Positions 59,470 through 64,000 of a stretch of DNA of 64,000 nt are shown piece by piece. The translations under genes were made by a program, and so were the position numbers. How positions within the stretch are numbered: position 1 is the stretch's first letter; the number at the start of each line of letters is the position of its first letter. The DNA comes from Promethearchaeia archaeon (GTDB lineage Archaea; Asgardarchaeota; Lokiarchaeia; Sigyniarchaeales; SOKP01): positions 3,507 through 67,506 of the forward strand of contig JAHQWP010000221.1 of NCBI GenBank assembly GCA_029856235.1, read 5' to 3'. Below the pieces are notes generated by a model. It was given only the letters and a program-made list of their open reading frames with translations. It had not been told where the DNA came from and did no database searches.

Positions 59470-60513
59470 CTAAACGGTAATTAAAAACCCAAGAAGAAAT
59501 ACTACGAATGCTGAAAAGATATCAAAAAGAATGCGAAATAGTTTATCACCTTTAGATTCTTTTGACTTAATATCATCTTTAAGGTAAGTCTTTAACATTG
59601 TTATTCCTATTTGTAAACTTTCCTTAACTCTCGAAAATTGTAATATAAGGATAATTAAACTTATAATTAATAGATAGCTGTAGATAATAATTAAGGGCAT
59701 TATCAAAGTGCTACCTCTCAAATAATCCCGAACAACCACGCTCAATAGAATAGAATAAAGGGTTTTTGCGAGTATCAGCGGTAATAACCACTTTCTTCTT
59801 ATTATCGTTAAAGATAATACAAGACCTATTAAAAACGATTTAACAAACCAGATGACTATAATATAGTAACTAACTGAAAAATAGGCGGGATTTAAAAAAA
59901 CTTCTGCAAAGGTAAAGTATAGAGTTGAGATCATTACAGCTGATAACTTGTTAAAATGTTCACTCCCTCGTTTTACTATTAAGCCTCTGAAAACTGTTTC
60001 TTCTGAAAATGATATACTTAATTGAATAATTATTGAGTAAAATAAAAATAATATGAAACTATCATCATTTTCAAAGACTACTGAAAAAACACGCAAGGGC
60101 ATGGTCTCGGGTAAGCCAATTGCAATTACAAATTCAAGAGGGATTAATATTAAGAAGAACAATAAGAAACTATAAAGGAGTTGATAGGTGTAATTTTTCT
60201 TCGTCGTTTTATATAGTTTTAGAAAACCAATATAAGGCGTTAAATCTTTTTTTATAGGTCGTGAATTTTTTTTCTTAAGTTTATGAGATACAAACAAAAA
60301 AAGCATTATTCCTAAAAGTATTGCTAAAGCTCTAATAATGTAAAAATAAACACCGAATAACGCCGTGGATCGATTTAGTATAAGCGGTAATAAATACCAT
60401 TCTAAAACTAAAATGATAAAAATTATTGCGAATATCGGAAGAATTTCATAGAACATAAATCTGAAGCGTTTTGAGGCTATTTCTCTTCGATTATGAGATA
60501 TTATTCTACCCAT
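59470..60513 (-). CDS. CPBP (Abi/Rce1-type) intramembrane protease-like protein with degenerate His motifs
   Basis: SEETVFRG motif 1; multi-TM; motif 2 YFTFAE; motif 4 ILAKTLYS. Confidence 0.72.
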   Translation of the reverse strand: MGRIISHNRREIASKRFRFMFYEILPIFAIIFIILVLEWYLLPLILNRSTALFGVYFYIIRALAILLGIMLFLFVSHKLKKKNSRPIKKDLTPYIGFLKLYKTTKKNYTYQLLYSFLLFFLILIPLEFVIAIGLPETMPLRVFSVVFENDDSFILFLFYSIIIQLSISFSEETVFRGLIVKRGSEHFNKLSAVMISTLYFTFAEVFLNPAYFSVSYYIIVIWFVKSFLIGLVLSLTIIRRKWLLPLILAKTLYSILLSVVVRDYLRGSTLIMPLIIIYSYLLIISLIILILQFSRVKESLQIGITMLKTYLKDDIKSKESKGDKLFRILFDIFSAFVVFLLGFLITV

Positions 60514-60772
60514 GAATGCCCATCATTTCTAAAACATAAATTAAAATAAATAAATGAGTATACTTTAAGAACTTTTTTTTTAATAAATTCAAAATGCCTT
60601 AAGTGTTGTGAAATTCTTCAGCTTTCAATGGTTTATCGAATTTTTTGAGGGTATCACAATCAAATAGAAAATTAAGATTTCGCGATGAATAATTTATCCA
60701 GTTAATAAATAAGCTTAAAAAAAGTTACTTGTTATCTATATGTTAAGTATATAAACGAAGATAAATACGTTT

Positions 60773-61912
60773 TTGTCGATGCTATACAAGAAGGAAAGAC
60801 CCGCTATATTAATGTTCAAAGATGGTCGTTATTTCGAAGGGATTGGATTTGGAGCGACTAAAAAAGTATATGGAGAAATTGTATTCACAACAATCACCGG
60901 TGCTGGATGTAACGAAACTTTAACCGATCCTTCCTATAAAGGACAGATAGTAGTTATGACTCATCCTTTAGTTGGAAACTACGGAGTCCCTGCTTGGGAA
61001 AAAGATCCATACGGTATTCATAAGTACTTTGAATCTGATTCGATAAAAGTGAGCGGATTTGTTGTAAATGAATGTTGCAAGAATCCAAGCCACTACGAAA
61101 GCGTAAAAACCTTAAATGAATTCTTATTGGAAGAAAATATTCCCGGGATCGAGTGGATAGACACAAGAGCTATTACAAAGGTTCTAAGAGAAGAAGGTGT
61201 TCAATTGGGGTTGCTTGCAGTTCTCAACCCAGAAGAATCTCCTAATATTGAAGAATTAAGAGCTGAAGTCAAGAATGTAGAGGATCCTAATCTTAGACAT
61301 TTAGCTAGTGAGGTATCTACTAAAGAAGTGAAAATTTTTAGTCCTTCAAAACCACGAGGAAAAGTTGTTATTATTGATTTAGGAGTAAAAAACAACATAT
61401 TGCGAAATTTTGTAGAAAGAGATATAGAAGTGATATCTGTTCCTTATAACTTTTCTTATGGAGATATTATGGCATATAAACCTGATGGCGTGTTTATTTC
61501 CAATGGTCCCGGAGATCCCGCTACATACAAAAGTGCAATTAGCGTAGCTCGTAAATTAATTAATAATAGCATACCTACTATGGGTATATGTTTAGGAAAT
61601 CAAATAATTGCTTTAGGTGCGGGAGGTTCATCCTATAAATTGAAATACGGTCATAGAGGTGGAAATAAAACCGTAATAAATCCTAAAACTAAGCAATGCT
61701 ATATCACATCTCAAAACCATGGGTTTTGCGTAAAAGATTTTGAACGAGGGGGATTTAACGAGTTTCTCACCAATATCGATGATAATTCTAACGAGGGATT
61801 AATTCACGATAGTAAGCCAATTTTTGCCGTTCAATTTCACCCTGAAGCTTCTCCAGGGCCTTTGGACTCTTTATATTTATTTGATAAATTCATCGAGTTT
61901 ATGGAGCTATGA
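60773..61912 (+). CDS. carA: Carbamoyl-phosphate synthase small subunit
   Basis: GEIVFTT, LTDPSYKGQ, SNGPGDP, GICLG, SQNHG, QFHPEASPGP. Confidence 0.96.
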   Translation: MSMLYKKERPAILMFKDGRYFEGIGFGATKKVYGEIVFTTITGAGCNETLTDPSYKGQIVVMTHPLVGNYGVPAWEKDPYGIHKYFESDSIKVSGFVVNECCKNPSHYESVKTLNEFLLEENIPGIEWIDTRAITKVLREEGVQLGLLAVLNPEESPNIEELRAEVKNVEDPNLRHLASEVSTKEVKIFSPSKPRGKVVIIDLGVKNNILRNFVERDIEVISVPYNFSYGDIMAYKPDGVFISNGPGDPATYKSAISVARKLINNSIPTMGICLGNQIIALGAGGSSYKLKYGHRGGNKTVINPKTKQCYITSQNHGFCVKDFERGGFNEFLTNIDDNSNEGLIHDSKPIFAVQFHPEASPGPLDSLYLFDKFIEFMEL

Positions 61913-61916
61913 TATT

Positions 61917-64000
61917 ATGCCACTAGATCCAACTATTAAAAAAGCGTTAGTATTAGGTTCAGGAGGAATTCGAATTGGACAAGCGGGAGAATTTGATTAT
62001 TCTGGAAGTCAAGTATTAAAAGCTCTCAAAGAGGAAGGCATTAAAACGATACTAATTAATCCTAATATTGCCACTATCCAGACCGATCCTGAATTGTCTG
62101 ACCAAGTTTATTTACTTCCCGTTAACGTTAAATATGTTGAAGAAGTCATAAAAAAAGAAAAGCCCGATGGTATCTTACTAGCATTTGGAGGACAAACCGC
62201 TTTAAATGTTGGCGTAGAGTTAAAAGAACTTGGTATATTGGAGAAATATAATATTAGAGTTCTTGGAACTCCAATAGAAGCCATAGAGGTTACAGAAGAT
62301 CGAGATCTGTTTGTAAAAGCTATGATTAAAGCAAATGCTAAAGTATGCCAGAGTAAAGCTGTTACATCCTATAAAGATGCGGTGAAAGTAGCTCAAGAAT
62401 TTGGATTTCCCTTGATGCTTAGAGTAGCATACACATTAGGGGGTAGAGGTTCAGGAATCATTGACAATATGAAAGATTTTGAACGCATGGCAAGAAAGGG
62501 TTTAGCGCAGTCGAGAATTAACCAAATATTAATCGAAGAATCCGTTTGGGGATGGAAGGAAATTGAATACGAAGTTGTAAGGGATTCTGCGGACAACTGC
62601 TTTATAAATTGTAACATGGAAAATTTTGACCCTGTTGGAATCCATACTGGAGAAAGTATTGTAGTAGCACCGAGTCAAACTTTAACTAACGAAGAATATC
62701 ACATGCTACGATCCGCATCAATTCGAGTAATTAGAGGTTTAGGGATAATCGGTGAATGCAACATCCAATACGCGTTAAATCCTTTTTCAAAAGAGTTCCG
62801 GGTAATAGAAGTTAATGCTCGACTTTCAAGATCATCTGCCTTAGCCTCAAAAGCTACGGGATATCCTTTAGCTTACATCGCTGCTAAGTTAGCAATAGGT
62901 TATAATTTACCGGAATTGAAAAACAAAATAACAGGGATAACAACTGCGTGTTTTGAACCAGCGTTAGATTATTTAGTACTCAAAATTCCACGCTGGGATT
63001 TAACTAAATTCCAGAAAGTTGATCGTCGTATCGGAAGCCAAATGAAATCAGTAGGAGAAGTAATGGCAATTGGGAGAACATTTGAAGAAGTGCTCCAAAA
63101 AGCGATTAGAATGTTGGATATCGGTATGAAAGGTTTAGTAGCCAATGATTTAGAGTCGATTGAAGATGTTAACGAATTAAAATATGAGTTGAGAAATCCA
63201 ACTGACTTAAGACTCTTTCGAATTGCGGAAGCGATCAAAAAAGGAATTTCACTTGATGAAATATATCGTTTATCAAGAGTGGATAAATGGTTTTTGTATA
63301 AATTAAAAAATATTGTAGACATAAACCGCCAAATTCAAGATATTGAGTTGCTTGAATCAGAAGATAACGAGAAAAAATACTGGCTGCAGCGAGCTAAAAG
63401 ATTTGGTTTTTCGGACGGTCAAATTGCTAAGATAATGGGTGTGGATTCGATTTTTATTCGGCAAATGAGAAGAAGATTAAACATTCAGCCTTATGTTAAA
63501 AGAATCGATACATTAGCAGCGGAATGGCCAGCCGTGACAAATTATCTTTATTTAACCTACAGCGCTTCTGAACACGACATTGACTTTGAAAGCGAAAATA
63601 AATCCAACCTTAAAAAAATTATTGTATTAGGCTCAGGAACTTATCGTATTGGTGCTTCAGTGGAGTTTGATTGGGGATCAGTTAATTGTTTGTGGGGCTT
63701 GAAAAAACTTGGAATCGACCAAGCGATAATGATAAACTATAATCCAGAAACAGTATCGACTGATTACGATATATCCGATAAACTTTATTTTGAAGAATTG
63801 TCTGGAGAAAGAGTGCTGGACATTTGTGAGCTTGAAAAAGCTGATGGTTTAGTAGTTTCAGCAGGAGGGCAAATAGCAAATAATTTGGCCGCTAAATTTT
63901 CCAAGTATTCAGATTTTTTTAGAAAAGCAAGTATAAAAATTCTTGGTACTCACGGAACGCGCATAGATATGGCGGAGAATAGAAGCAAATTCAGCACTTT
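61917..64000 (+). CDS. carB: Carbamoyl-phosphate synthase large subunit (3'-truncated by window edge)
   Basis: Manual translation from ATG 61917: LGSGGIRIGQAGEFDYSGSQ, NMENFDP.GIHTGESIVVAP, SRSSALASKATGYPLA; second repeat LGSGTYRIGASVEFDW is in frame at about 63618. Confidence 0.96.
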   Translation, partial: MPLDPTIKKALVLGSGGIRIGQAGEFDYSGSQVLKALKEEGIKTILINPNIATIQTDPELSDQVYLLPVNVKYVEEVIKKEKPDGILLAFGGQTALNVGVELKELGILEKYNIRVLGTPIEAIEVTEDRDLFVKAMIKANAKVCQSKAVTSYKDAVKVAQEFGFPLMLRVAYTLGGRGSGIIDNMKDFERMARKGLAQSRINQILIEESVWGWKEIEYEVVRDSADNCFINCNMENFDPVGIHTGESIVVAPSQTLTNEEYHMLRSASIRVIRGLGIIGECNIQYALNPFSKEFRVIEVNARLSRSSALASKATGYPLAYIAAKLAIGYNLPELKNKITGITTACFEPALDYLVLKIPRWDLTKFQKVDRRIGSQMKSVGEVMAIGRTFEEVLQKAIRMLDIGMKGLVANDLESIEDVNELKYELRNPTDLRLFRIAEAIKKGISLDEIYRLSRVDKWFLYKLKNIVDINRQIQDIELLESEDNEKKYWLQRAKRFGFSDGQIAKIMGVDSIFIRQMRRRLNIQPYVKRIDTLAAEWPAVTNYLYLTYSASEHDIDFESENKSNLKKIIVLGSGTYRIGASVEFDWGSVNCLWGLKKLGIDQAIMINYNPETVSTDYDISDKLYFEELSGERVLDICELEKADGLVVSAGGQIANNLAAKFSKYSDFFRKASIKILGTHGTRIDMAENRSKFST

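Noticed and set aside
6282-60513. Eukaryote-like prenylation pathway (prenyltransferase-fold protein + Rab-like GTPase + Rce1-like protein)
   Set aside because: The genes are tens of kb apart, the GTPase has no C-terminal Cys, and the CPBP protein lacks its catalytic His residues.
992-63879. Numerous 60-183 aa antisense or out-of-frame ORFs (e.g. 24638..25189, 26279..26653, 58093..58482, 62969..63322)
   Set aside because: They are shadows of well-supported genes, with no motifs or ribosome-binding sites.

Overview
AT-rich, gene-dense archaeal chromosomal segment, most consistent with a Lokiarchaeia (Asgard) genome. This is inferred from a Rab-like small GTPase, HEAT/LRR proteins, a beta-helix protein with a Loki-CTERM-like anchor, TATA-like promoters, GGTGA ribosome-binding sites and U-rich terminators. 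It holds about 52 CDS; I saw no rRNA, tRNA, CRISPR or transposase. Content: anaerobic energy metabolism (korB, an HdrA-MvhD fusion, a porCD-A-B operon, ADP-forming acyl-CoA synthetase); a ~22 kb block of five UroD/MtaA-like proteins interleaved with GPH sugar transporters and GH36-like/GH172 glycosidases; acyl-CoA metabolism (including abfD); and housekeeping genes (valS, pyrG, carAB). The most striking observation is a circularly permuted PorB whose TPP-binding GDG...N motif is split between the C- and N-termini. Also notable: a Rab-like GTPase apparently coupled to a TrmB-type regulator, two genes that seem to need non-ATG/GTG/TTG starts, recurrent short hairpins at predicted transcription starts, and three gene remnants. 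All family calls come from motif recognition by eye; no searches were run.
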